Positions 1-8,639 of a DNA stretch of 64,000 bases are shown piece after piece. How positions within the stretch are numbered: the first letter of the stretch is position 1; every line of letters begins with the position of its first letter. The stretch comes from Sphingomonadales bacterium (GTDB lineage: Bacteria; Pseudomonadota; Alphaproteobacteria; Sphingomonadales; Sphingomonadaceae): positions 49,178 through 113,177 of the forward strand of contig JAIXUQ010000108.1 of assembly GCA_027483465.1 (NCBI GenBank), given 5' to 3'. The position numbers and the translations under genes were made by a program. The notes below the pieces were generated by a model that saw only the letters and a list, made by a program, of their open reading frames with translations, made no database searches and was not told the origin of the DNA.

Positions 1-165
1 CATGCTGGCGTGTCGCCAAATATGGCTTTGAGGCTGTCAGCGGCTTTTGGCGAGGATGCGCATTTCTGGCTCCATCACCAACTGGAGTATGATCTGCCGC
101 AATCGCGCCAGCGGGTGCCGCTCTTGAACGTCACTCCTGTCGGGCGCCGCCCGGCAGACACCTAA
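1..165 (+). CDS. higA: HigA-type antitoxin (XRE-family HTH), C-terminal fragment; 5' end lies outside the window
   Basis: Frame +1 is open from base 1 to TAA 163-165. It reads ...SPNMALRLSAAFGEDAHFWLHHQLEYDLPQSRQRV... The ALRL-x3-FG-x4-FWL-x2-Q-x2-YDL block is the conserved end of the HTH domain of HigA/VapI antitoxins (recognised from memory). Confidence 0.6.
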   Translation, partial: HAGVSPNMALRLSAAFGEDAHFWLHHQLEYDLPQSRQRVPLLNVTPVGRRPADT

Positions 166-180
166 GCAAGGCTGTTCTGA

Positions 181-1914
181 GTGGCAACACAAGCGACTCC
201 AATTGCGGTCCAGCAACCGTCCTTTCTCGACCTTTGCCCAGTTGCCGCCGCCGTTGAATCCATGGCGAGCTCGGGCATCGACGAGCGTGGCGCGATCTTC
301 ACGCGCCGCGAAGTGGTCGACTTTGTTCTGGATTTGGTAGGCTACACCCCCGACAAGCCGCTGCATCGGAAGAAGCTCCTCGAACCGTCGTGCGGTCATG
401 GCGACTTTCTACTGCCGGCTATTGACCGCTTGCTGACTGCCTGGACGCGCGCCGGAAGCTCTGAACCATACAAGGCATTAGCGCCTGCAGTTCGTGCTGT
501 AGAGCTGCACCGCTCGTCGGCCGCTACCGTCCATTTGGCGGTGGTCGAAAGGCTGCTAAGTGCCGGCATTAGCTCTGCTGCCGCCGAGGCCATCGCCGAC
601 ACCTGGATCGTGCAAGGCGATTTCCTCCTCCTGCCCCTCGACAGCGATTTTGACACCATCGTGGGAAACCCGCCCTACATCAGGCAGGAGATGATCCCAG
701 ACGTGCTGATGGCCGAATATCGGTCTCGCTATCGGACGATCTATGACCGAGCAGACATCTACATCCCCTTCATCGAACGGTCCGTTTTGTCTCTGACAGA
801 AGGCGGGCAGGTTGGGTTCATTTGTTCCGATCGGTGGATGAAAAACAAGTACGGCGGTCCTCTGCGCCAGCTCATCGCCGATAAGTTCCATCTGAAGACC
901 TACGTGGATATGGTCGACACGCCGGCCTTCCTCGTGGACGTGGTTGCATACCCTGCCATCACCGTCATCGGGCGCGAGAAGCCTGGCGCGACGCGCATTG
1001 TCTCACGGCCAAACATCGACGCCGCAGAGCTAAGCACACTTGCAGCGACGATCATCGCCACGGCACCGCCGCCACTGGCCTCGACCGTCCGGGAGATCCA
1101 CGGCGTGACCGCCGGCGCGAGCCCATGGATTCTGGATTCCAGCGATCAGCTCGACCTTGTTCGCCGCTTGGAACGCGACTTCCCCACCATTGAGGAAGCC
1201 GGCTGCAAGGTCGGCATTGGCGTCGCGACTGGCGCGGACAAGGCCTTCTGCGGCCCGTTCGACAAGCTCGATGTTGAGCCCTGTCGCAAACTTCCAATGG
1301 TGACAACGAAGGACATTGCAACCGGGACCGTGGCCTGGCGGGGTATGGGCGTCGTCAATCCCTTTGGTGACGACGGTAAGCTCGTCGACCTTGTCCGCTA
1401 CCCTCGTCTGAAGGCATACCTAGAAGCTCGCCGGGACCAAATCGACAAGCGGCACGTCGCCCAAAAATCGCCCATCAACTGGTATAGAACCATCGATCGC
1501 ATTTATCCGGAAATTGCGGCCAAGCCAAAGCTCCTGATTCCCGATATCAAGGGCGCGGCCAACGTCGTGTACGAAGATGGCCATCTTTATCCTCACCACA
1601 ATCTATATTTCATCACGTCTGACACTTGGGACACGCGTGCTTTGCAGGCTGTCTTGATGTCGGGCATTGCACGCCTGTTCGTGGCGACCTATTCCACCAA
1701 AATGCGGGGTGGATATCTGCGCTTTCAGGCGCAGTATCTCCGTCGCATTCGGTTGCCGCGCTGGCAGGATGTTCCGGCCAATCTCAAGGGCAGGCTTGTT
1801 CAGGCTGCTGGCGCCGGCGATCTCGACGAGTGTAATGAGGCGGCGTTCGAGCTGTATGGGCTGAGCAGCCGAGAATGCGCGGCCTTGGGGGGCAGTGGGG
1901 ACAATGGCACTTGA
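181..1914 (+). CDS. N6-adenine DNA methyltransferase, type II (PaeR7I/TaqI/Eco57I-like gamma-class)
   Basis: 577-aa ORF. AdoMet motif I-like [11 protein letters not shown] lies upstream of catalytic motif [12 protein letters not shown] (NPPY). Its 3' end overlaps the downstream endonuclease gene by 11 nt. The start (GTG 181) is uncertain; ATG 262 is an alternative. Confidence 0.85.
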   Translation: MATQATPIAVQQPSFLDLCPVAAAVESMASSGIDERGAIFTRREVVDFVLDLVGYTPDKPLHRKKLLEPSCGHGDFLLPAIDRLLTAWTRAGSSEPYKALAPAVRAVELHRSSAATVHLAVVERLLSAGISSAAAEAIADTWIVQGDFLLLPLDSDFDTIVGNPPYIRQEMIPDVLMAEYRSRYRTIYDRADIYIPFIERSVLSLTEGGQVGFICSDRWMKNKYGGPLRQLIADKFHLKTYVDMVDTPAFLVDVVAYPAITVIGREKPGATRIVSRPNIDAAELSTLAATIIATAPPPLASTVREIHGVTAGASPWILDSSDQLDLVRRLERDFPTIEEAGCKVGIGVATGADKAFCGPFDKLDVEPCRKLPMVTTKDIATGTVAWRGMGVVNPFGDDGKLVDLVRYPRLKAYLEARRDQIDKRHVAQKSPINWYRTIDRIYPEIAAKPKLLIPDIKGAANVVYEDGHLYPHHNLYFITSDTWDTRALQAVLMSGIARLFVATYSTKMRGGYLRFQAQYLRRIRLPRWQDVPANLKGRLVQAAGAGDLDECNEAAFELYGLSSRECAALGGSGDNGT

Positions 1915-2641
1915 TCTAGCCGATTACGAGCGGAAGGCACGCGAAGCCACCATGGTCTTCTGGGGCAACCGGGAGAAAGCGCGCCAGAAGCAGATTGAGG
2001 CCGGTAAGGCCGACCAGGGCGAACGCGCCGGCGTCACTGGCGGCAAGAACATGGACGGCTTTCTGAGCCTGATCATCGACATCATTCAGGCAAATGGCCC
2101 TGCCACTGCGCAAGTCCATCTGCAGCGATCCGTGCTTTGCCTGCCCGGGTATTTTCGGCCGACGAAGCTGTGGGACGTGCTCGTACTGAACCGCAACCAG
2201 CTGATTGCCGCAATCGAGCTGAAGAGCCAAGTTGGCCCTTCGTTCGGGAACAACTTCAATAATCGCACGGAAGAGGCGATCGGCACCGCGCACGATCTTT
2301 GGACAGCCTATCGCGAGGGAGCGTTCGGCAACCAACCAAGGCCGTTCGTGGGCTGGTTGATGATGGTCGAAGATGCACCGGAGTCGCGCCGGCCGGTCAC
2401 CGACCGTTCGCCTCACTTCCCGGTTTTCCCGGAGTTTCAAAAGGCCTCATACCTCAATCGATATGACATACTTTGCCAGCGCTTGGCGAAGGAGCAACTT
2501 TATGGGTCGGCTACAATTCTTGCTTCACCTCGGACGGCTTCAGCAACGGGCGACTATTCTGAGTTATCCGGCCTCACGAGCCTTAAGACCTTCGTAACCA
2601 CGCTGGCGGGTCATATGGCTGCCGAGGCCGCAAGAGCATAA
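1904..2641 (+). CDS. Type II restriction endonuclease, XhoI/PaeR7I family
   Basis: 245 aa counted from ATG 1904. Blocks [21 protein letters not shown] and [29 protein letters not shown] match my memory of the XhoI/PaeR7I family. Size and position directly after an NPPY methyltransferase fit an R-M pair. Needs HMM confirmation. Confidence 0.7.
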   Translation: MALDLADYERKAREATMVFWGNREKARQKQIEAGKADQGERAGVTGGKNMDGFLSLIIDIIQANGPATAQVHLQRSVLCLPGYFRPTKLWDVLVLNRNQLIAAIELKSQVGPSFGNNFNNRTEEAIGTAHDLWTAYREGAFGNQPRPFVGWLMMVEDAPESRRPVTDRSPHFPVFPEFQKASYLNRYDILCQRLAKEQLYGSATILASPRTASATGDYSELSGLTSLKTFVTTLAGHMAAEAARA

Positions 2642-2715
2642 CATCGTCCGATGCGGCGCCTCCGCTACTGGCGTGATGCGAATACGCCGTTTACAAACAA
2701 TTCGGGGAAATTTGA

Positions 2716-4719
2716 GTGGGTGTGGAGGCGGTGATCAGACTTCCTGTTCTAGAGCGTCTGCAGATCAAGGGGTACCAATTGTATCCCGGCTTGGCGAGTG
2801 CCGGGGGCATCGATGTAGCGTTCGATCGCGGGGCTTGGGTGATCATTGGCACCAACGGTTTGGGCAAAAGCACTCTTTTGCTTCTCATCCGGCAAGCGCT
2901 GACAGGGGCTGCAGCTGTCACTAACGCTGGGCCGGCCGGCAACCGTTCAGACATTATTCCTACCGATCGCCGATTCTTTGCTACACGGGTCGCAGACGGT
3001 GCGCGGGGTGCTACCGTAACACTGTCGGTTAAGTTTGGCGCTCAGCTTCTGGTGATCTCGCGCCGGGTTGACGATTTAGTCCTAACATCATGTGAACTTG
3101 ATGGCACTCCTCTTCCTTGTGAAGCAGATCTAGAGGCAGCTTACCGTCAGACAATCGCTACCCTTATGGGAGTCAGCAGCTTTGCCGACGTTCTTCGAGT
3201 CTTGCGATACCTCGTTTTTGTGCTGGAGGATCGGGACGGTCTAATTTGGAGTCCTCAAGCGCAAACCGAAGTTTTTAGAGCATTGTTCGTCCCAGAACGG
3301 GCTGCAAAATGGCGAGAACTAGAAGCGGAAATCGTGTCGACTGACAGCGGCGCGCGAAACGCAAACTCACTACTTACGAGTATTCTCAAAAGACAAGAAA
3401 AAGAGCACAAAAAGATAGAAGGCGCTGCCGAAATACGCATGCAACTTGCGTCGCTTGCGGGGGAGCAGGATCGAGATGAGGCGCTTGAGCTAGAGTTGCT
3501 CAAGGCCCGTGATGCTGCGGAAGACCGGCGCGTCGATGCTCGGACTGCCCTTCGCCAAAGGGAAGAGGAAAGCGAAGGTAAACGACGCGGTTACGAACGA
3601 CTGAAATTTAACGCGCTACGGCAGGCATTTGGCGACTTGCCCAATAGCGAGCAGTACCTGTTTATCAAGGTGTTGACGGAACGCATTTGCTCTTCTTGCG
3701 GGCAGGAGGCTGATGAGCTCGCAGCAGAGTTTGAACGTCGACGGAGCGAGAAGCTATGCGCTGTCTGTGGCAAGAAGAAGCCGGTTGATGACACTATCGT
3801 ATCGGCTGAGGCCTTCAGCGAAGAGCGGGCGTCTCAGGCATATGCTGGATGGGTTGCAGCCGAGGAGCAGGTTGCCAATGCTCGGGAAACTCTGTCGTTG
3901 GCGGAAGCTGAATTCGATCAGTTAGCTGCGCAGATCATTCAACTTCGTACAGCGCTGGATATGCGCGCGCGTGAAATGCGGAATCTGCAGCGGAAGCTGC
4001 CGGTAGATGAGCGGCAAGGTGCCCGGGATTTGGACGAGACGATGCTCCTGCGAGAGCGGGTTGTCCAATTTCGTTCGGAACGCGAGCATGCTGAGAATGC
4101 GCTGGAGGAATTGCTTCGAACCGCGCGAATGGCTGTTGAGGCAACCAAGGACAAGATTAGTGAAGTATTCTCCCATTATGCCGATCAGTTTCTGCACGAG
4201 AAGTTTCGCCTAGTCTATTCCCCTGATCGTAGAACAGTAGGCCAGACTGGCAAGTCACTCGAATTCCCTTCCTTCGAGTTGGAACTTACGAGCGGTGCGA
4301 CAGAAGGCAGGTCTACGCGGCGCAATGCAAGTCAGGTTTCGCTCTCCCAGCGAGAGTACCTAGACTATGCTTTTCGCATGGCGGTCATGAGCGTCATCGC
4401 CACTGACAGCGGCACGTTCGTTATCGATGGGCCTGAGGGCTCACTCGATTCCGTTTTCGCGCGCAGGGCAGGTCAAATGCTAGAGAGCTATGCCAACGCC
4501 GGCGGGGGAGAGGGCAACAGACTGATCGTTGCGTGCAACTTGGTCGACACACAACTCATACCCATTCTGCTGCGTGGAGAGAGCGGTCCTCCGAGCGAAA
4601 GGCGCGTTATCAACCTCCTCGGGTTAGCTACTCCATCCGCCGCGCTTGATGCTCTGCGTCCGGAGTATGAGGAAGCATATCGTCGCGTCATCGCTAACGC
4701 AGGGCCGGATGGGAAATGA
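2716..4719 (+). CDS. SMC/Rad50-like ABC ATPase with a long coiled-coil insert carrying CxxC-x19-CxxC (LmuB-like / ABC-3C ATPase candidate)
   Basis: 667 aa. N-terminal Walker A is GTNGLGKST (2848-2874). A roughly 280-aa E/R/A/L-rich segment follows. Signature-like SLSQRE and Walker B/D-loop FVIDGPEGSLD lie near the C-terminus. CSSC...CAVC is at 3688-3768. The start is GTG 2716, with other GTGs at 2722 and 2731. The stop overlaps the next ATG (ATGA at 4716-4719). Confidence 0.8.
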   Translation: MGVEAVIRLPVLERLQIKGYQLYPGLASAGGIDVAFDRGAWVIIGTNGLGKSTLLLLIRQALTGAAAVTNAGPAGNRSDIIPTDRRFFATRVADGARGATVTLSVKFGAQLLVISRRVDDLVLTSCELDGTPLPCEADLEAAYRQTIATLMGVSSFADVLRVLRYLVFVLEDRDGLIWSPQAQTEVFRALFVPERAAKWRELEAEIVSTDSGARNANSLLTSILKRQEKEHKKIEGAAEIRMQLASLAGEQDRDEALELELLKARDAAEDRRVDARTALRQREEESEGKRRGYERLKFNALRQAFGDLPNSEQYLFIKVLTERICSSCGQEADELAAEFERRRSEKLCAVCGKKKPVDDTIVSAEAFSEERASQAYAGWVAAEEQVANARETLSLAEAEFDQLAAQIIQLRTALDMRAREMRNLQRKLPVDERQGARDLDETMLLRERVVQFRSEREHAENALEELLRTARMAVEATKDKISEVFSHYADQFLHEKFRLVYSPDRRTVGQTGKSLEFPSFELELTSGATEGRSTRRNASQVSLSQREYLDYAFRMAVMSVIATDSGTFVIDGPEGSLDSVFARRAGQMLESYANAGGGEGNRLIVACNLVDTQLIPILLRGESGPPSERRVINLLGLATPSAALDALRPEYEEAYRRVIANAGPDGK

Positions 4720-5366
4720 TTGAGGAAATCGATCAGCCTACCCGGCTAAGGACGCGATTGCTCGTCATGCTGGCCTGTCTCGAACGGGCCGGCATTTCGC
4801 CAGTGGCTGTTGATCAGCTTCATGCGTTCGTCTTTTTCGCCGACGTTATGAGTCCGCTCTGGAGCCTAGAGCCGTTGAAGGGCTCGGTTCTCAAGCGGCG
4901 GGATGGACCCTTCTATAAAGAAGTCCAGGTGGCACTTGATGAGTTCGTTGCTTGTGGCCTGGTTGATGTTGTTTCTTTGGATTATGAGTTGGCGGATGAT
5001 ACGTCTGCCAGGTTGTCTGCCAGTTTTCGGATTATCCTGCCTCGGGCGGATCATGTACTTTCGGTCGTGCGCGCGATGCCGGATGAAGCTGACTGGGAGC
5101 GGTTCTTAGAGCAGCTTGCTTTCCTCTTTGCCGAGATTGCAACGGATCGCCGTGATGAGGCTGTTGAGGTCGATGCGACATACCAAGCAGGTGTGGACGA
5201 GCGAGTCGTCGACTTTGCTGAATGGCGAGCAGCCGGTGAAGCTGATCATTCCGTAAGAGCAGCACGGCGACTGCAAGCTTACGCGCCGAAGGGTGTAACT
5301 CTCAATCAGGCCGAACAGCTCGTTCTGTACATGCGCCTCGTCAAAAGGAAGGCGAGTGGTAGCTGA
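4716..5366 (+). CDS. Hypothetical 216-aa acidic protein; candidate middle/adaptor component (LmuC-like) of the three-gene system
   Basis: The ORF is translationally coupled on both sides (ATGA with the ATPase gene, 11-nt overlap with the next gene). I could recognise no catalytic motif. The N-terminal LLVMLACLERAGISPVAVDQLHAFVFFAD looks like a helical or winged-helix-type segment. The functional assignment is by position only. Confidence 0.55.
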   Translation: MIEEIDQPTRLRTRLLVMLACLERAGISPVAVDQLHAFVFFADVMSPLWSLEPLKGSVLKRRDGPFYKEVQVALDEFVACGLVDVVSLDYELADDTSARLSASFRIILPRADHVLSVVRAMPDEADWERFLEQLAFLFAEIATDRRDEAVEVDATYQAGVDERVVDFAEWRAAGEADHSVRAARRLQAYAPKGVTLNQAEQLVLYMRLVKRKASGS

Positions 5367-6435
5367 GCTTGAGTTTGGGGGCATCGCTGAAGACGAACTC
5401 CGGGCCTTCATGGCGACAACACCTGACTTCGATGACGCAGATATTCCAGCTGCGGCGCGATTCAGTCGCGCCGTCGCAGACCTGCTTTCTAAGAGGCAAG
5501 CTGCGGGAGAGCAGTTTCCGCTGGCTGTCTTCTTAATGAGTGACAGCCTTGCAGCCGACGTAAGAGAGCGAAATACCGAGCATGTCCCACTCTTGGCGAA
5601 TGGCAATGACCCAATTGGCGCTCGCATTTGGTTAGCTCAGGCCCAAGTTAGAAATGCTTACGCCCTCGCGACGCCGCTCAGCGATGCAGCAGAAGCTTTC
5701 CAAATGGTATCGACTGGCGGGTTGAGCAACCGTCCCGCCATTGTCGTCGACGGGCGGGCGGCCACCTGGCACGCGAGCCTCTATCCGCGTGGGCTGGCTT
5801 TCCCGGAGATGTGGTTGAGAATGGATTTGAGCGATGGACCTATTGCGGAGGCGGACCTTAAGGCGACCATCCATCGCTTCTGGTATCAAGGGTTGAGGAC
5901 GCCCGACGTAGCCCGTCAAAGCCCCATCAAAATCTGGAAGTCAGCTGCCGATGGTTGGCCCGAGCAGGGGCCAGAGGGCCGGCTACAGGGACGCCTCCGC
6001 GACGTTTTGTTTGGCGCCTACCCGCGTCGCAAGATCCGAGCAGAGGTTAAGAACGAAGAGGGACGGGCAGACATATTCATTGTCGGCCATGCAACCGCCG
6101 CCAGCGGCGTGCCGGCACAAGTCACTGACTGGGTGCTGGAGCTCAAGGCGCTATGCGACAAGACGACGAACGGTGGCAACGTTGATGAGACCACGGTGCG
6201 TGCCGCGGTAACGAAGGGCGTTGCGCAAGCAACCCTCTATCGCGACACCCAGAACGGGGTTCAAGCAGCTGTCTGCTGTTTTGATATGCGCAGTACCGAT
6301 GAAGACGATGAAGCATGCTTCGCTCACGTCAAAACGGCGGCAGAAGCGCGAGAGGTCAGATTGTGGCGCTGGCCACTCTTTAGAGCTGCCGATGATGCTC
6401 GTATGGCGAGCTTCGCCAGTCTCAATCAACCCTAA
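5356..6435 (+). CDS. Protein with C-terminal PD-(D/E)xK nuclease core; candidate effector
   Basis: 359 aa. GTG start is preceded by AAGGAAGG. GRAD(239)IFIV, then WVLE(262)LK(264)A (nt 6070-6147), followed by QATLY, is the classic D...ExK arrangement. The N-terminal ~200 aa has no motif I can name. Confidence 0.65.
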   Translation: MVAELEFGGIAEDELRAFMATTPDFDDADIPAAARFSRAVADLLSKRQAAGEQFPLAVFLMSDSLAADVRERNTEHVPLLANGNDPIGARIWLAQAQVRNAYALATPLSDAAEAFQMVSTGGLSNRPAIVVDGRAATWHASLYPRGLAFPEMWLRMDLSDGPIAEADLKATIHRFWYQGLRTPDVARQSPIKIWKSAADGWPEQGPEGRLQGRLRDVLFGAYPRRKIRAEVKNEEGRADIFIVGHATAASGVPAQVTDWVLELKALCDKTTNGGNVDETTVRAAVTKGVAQATLYRDTQNGVQAAVCCFDMRSTDEDDEACFAHVKTAAEAREVRLWRWPLFRAADDARMASFASLNQP

Positions 6436-7753
6436 ACGTTAGGAGTGTCTCTGCCAGTTCAGCTCGGCCGCCCTGCTGCGGCGAAGCTCGCATTGATCGG
6501 CAAGGTTCGCTGCCAAGCACCTCAAATCCCAGGTCAGCAGCCTCTTCCGTGAGAACGGCCGCAACAGGCACGTCCACGCCGGCGTACCTGCTATCACCCA
6601 CAACCATGTACACCCGGCCGCCGCTCGATAGCTTTGCGCGGAGCCCCTCAAGCACACACCGCATGTCCTCAAAATATGCGTCCACCATCTCGGGGATCGC
6701 GCTATTCCAGAGAACTGACCTGACCTGCCGAAGTTGATCGATTGTTCTAATCAATGTTGGAGACACAGTTGGCCGTGTCGAAAACGATCGCTTTATTTGC
6801 ACATGGCTACGGAGCGTCGACTCCCTCAAACGACGATTTGCCCCCCCGCTCGACAAATATCCGCCTGTCCAAAGCTCAATGTTGTACACGTCTGTGTAAT
6901 CGAAAGAATTGGGATAGGGGGGCGAGAAAACGCTTAGATCATGCTTACCTAAGCTGTGAACGAGTTGACGGCTGTCTCCGCGATAAATATTATAATCTAA
7001 GCGGGGACGACCACCGTAGCGGCGCACTTGGTACGTTGCCCTGAGGCATGCGTCATGGAATGCAGTATCGACTGCTGACGCATCCACCGGTCGCGCCTGC
7101 CATCCGCGGCGGTACCGTCGGCCCTTCCCGCTAATGAAAGCATTGCTGACCGACACGGTGATCGAAGCCAGCATTACTCTGAAAAACCTCCGAGCTATTA
7201 CGTCTTCCAAGGTTTCAATGACATCGCTGTATGCTGCAAGCCGCCTAGCAACGGGCAGCCAGAATAGAAAGCGGTCTTTCCCTTCCGCTTCAACGAAGGT
7301 CGCAGGTGCAGAAGAGAACGGAGCCGACACAGCTCTTTCCGCCACGTCGACGCGACCCACCACTTGGCTGAAAGCGTCTTCAAGAATACCATCCGGATAC
7401 GAGCTCAGTTTAGCCTCAATGAGGTCAGCCAAGAACGGATTTACTTCGATGGTAGAGGGTGCAACATTCAGGAACTGACATGCCAAGGCTGTGGTACCAG
7501 AACCCCCAAATGGATCTGAGCATGTCTCAACAGTTCGCCCCAAATCGGCCGCGGTCTCATCGACCGCTCGCTTTACCAATTCAGGTGCGAAAGCTTCTTT
7601 GAATCGTTTCCAATCCTGAAATGCGATTTCAGGCGTGCCTGCATTGGTCGACAACAGGAGCGGTGTGCGCTCCTGCACCCAATCATCAAAACCTAATGTT
7701 GGCTTTGGCGAAGCGGTATTAGCGGCAGAGGCCCTGGGGCCCTCCTCGCTCAT
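6422..7753 (-). CDS. DNA methyltransferase (N6-adenine or N4-cytosine), motif order I then IV
   Basis: 443 aa. DPFGGSGTT (motif I) lies near residue 80 and FSPPYPNSFDY (motif IV, SPPY) near residue 278. GGAG sits 7 nt before ATG 7753. The 3' end overlaps the convergent nuclease gene by 14 nt. Confidence 0.8.
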   Translation of the reverse strand: MSEEGPRASAANTASPKPTLGFDDWVQERTPLLLSTNAGTPEIAFQDWKRFKEAFAPELVKRAVDETAADLGRTVETCSDPFGGSGTTALACQFLNVAPSTIEVNPFLADLIEAKLSSYPDGILEDAFSQVVGRVDVAERAVSAPFSSAPATFVEAEGKDRFLFWLPVARRLAAYSDVIETLEDVIARRFFRVMLASITVSVSNAFISGKGRRYRRGWQARPVDASAVDTAFHDACLRATYQVRRYGGRPRLDYNIYRGDSRQLVHSLGKHDLSVFSPPYPNSFDYTDVYNIELWTGGYLSSGGANRRLRESTLRSHVQIKRSFSTRPTVSPTLIRTIDQLRQVRSVLWNSAIPEMVDAYFEDMRCVLEGLRAKLSSGGRVYMVVGDSRYAGVDVPVAAVLTEEAADLGFEVLGSEPCRSMRASPQQGGRAELAETLLTFRVD

Positions 7754-8101
7754 CGCTCCGTGTCCATCAATATCATCACCACCTCAAGAGACGCGCAGCC
7801 GTTATCGCCCTTTGTCAAGGCAATCCAGCATTTTTTCAGCGTCGTCCGAGGTGGCGTCTTCGTCACCTCACGATTTTGCAGGATTTCTCATGGTAGTGAG
7901 AAGATGGCTAACTCCAAACAGGGAACTACAAAAAATGTAGCCCCTTCGCCTTAAGGGGACCTGCGTTGGCCGGTATGGGTGAGCAACTCGAACAGCGCAT
8001 GGGCTGGAGGGTCGTCGCCGGCGCCTTCGGCTTAGCGATTGGGTTCGGCGGAACACAGCTCGCTGTGCCGCCGCAAGACTCATCGCCTGAGCGCCTGCCA
8101 A

Positions 8102-8120
8102 GTCTTGCACGGTGCAAGAC
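8102..8120. repeat. 19-bp perfect palindrome GTCTTGCACGGTGCAAGAC (copy 1 of 5; its flank orientation is inverted relative to copies 2-5)
   Basis: Read directly from the sequence. The outer flank, read on the minus strand, is TTGGCAGGCGC. This resembles the TTCGGCGCC tail of copy 5. Confidence 0.9.
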
Positions 8121-8220
8121 ATCAACGGCGGCCCTACCGATGGTTCTATTGCCGAGTATGCGACGTTCAGACCCGGGTCAATCGGTCGGCAATGGCGTAC
8201 ACAGTCGCGCCATCGTTCAT

Positions 8221-8610
8221 ATGTGGCACGCAGCTGGAAAGATGTTACAGGCGATCATGGCTCCGGGGCGCTTCGTTCGAATGCTTGTGCTGCTGACCAT
8301 GCTTGCGGTCGGCATTGGCTCGACGACGGCAGCTTTTGCGTGCGCGACGATAGCTGCACCGATTGCAATGTCGGAGATGCCTGCCAACCGCTGCGGCGAG
8401 CACGACCGCGGCAGTTCCAATGACGTAGCTAAGGGCGGAGTGTGCGCGCTGGCATGTCCTGCCGGCTGCTTGATGGCCATGCCGACCAGCGTGGCAGAAG
8501 CATCGATCCATCGCGATACCAAGTTCAACGCGATCGGCAATTTGCATCGCCTCACTGGCAAGGAGTTCGGTCCTGAGCCGCCCCGGCCACGAACAGCGAG
8601 CGCCTCTTGA
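8221..8610 (+). CDS. Hypothetical Cys/His-rich exported or membrane-anchored protein
   Basis: This is the C-terminal part of ORF 7966-8610. From ATG 8257 it reads MAPGRFVRMLVLLTMLAVGIGSTTAAFA (signal-like), followed by CATIA...RCGEHD...GGVCALACPAGC. Candidate starts are ATG 8221, 8242 and 8257. The 7966 extension crosses palindrome copy 1 and looks non-coding. Confidence 0.4.
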   Translation: MWHAAGKMLQAIMAPGRFVRMLVLLTMLAVGIGSTTAAFACATIAAPIAMSEMPANRCGEHDRGSSNDVAKGGVCALACPAGCLMAMPTSVAEASIHRDTKFNAIGNLHRLTGKEFGPEPPRPRTASAS

Positions 8611-8639
8611 AGACTTTGTCCAATCTCTAGGAGCTCAAC

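Noticed and set aside
37-399. 120-aa minus-strand ORF at the window start
   Set aside because: It overlaps both the HigA 3' end and the methyltransferase 5' end. No RBS or motif.
7931-7960. Hairpin CCCCTT-cgcctt-AAGGGG next to an A-run; considered as a minus-strand terminator
   Set aside because: The stem is short and no convincing minus-strand gene ends upstream of it, so its role is unclear.
7966-8220. N-terminal extension of ORF 7966-8610
   Set aside because: It runs through palindrome copy 1 and has a non-protein-like composition. A signal-peptide-like start occurs only from 8221-8257 onward.
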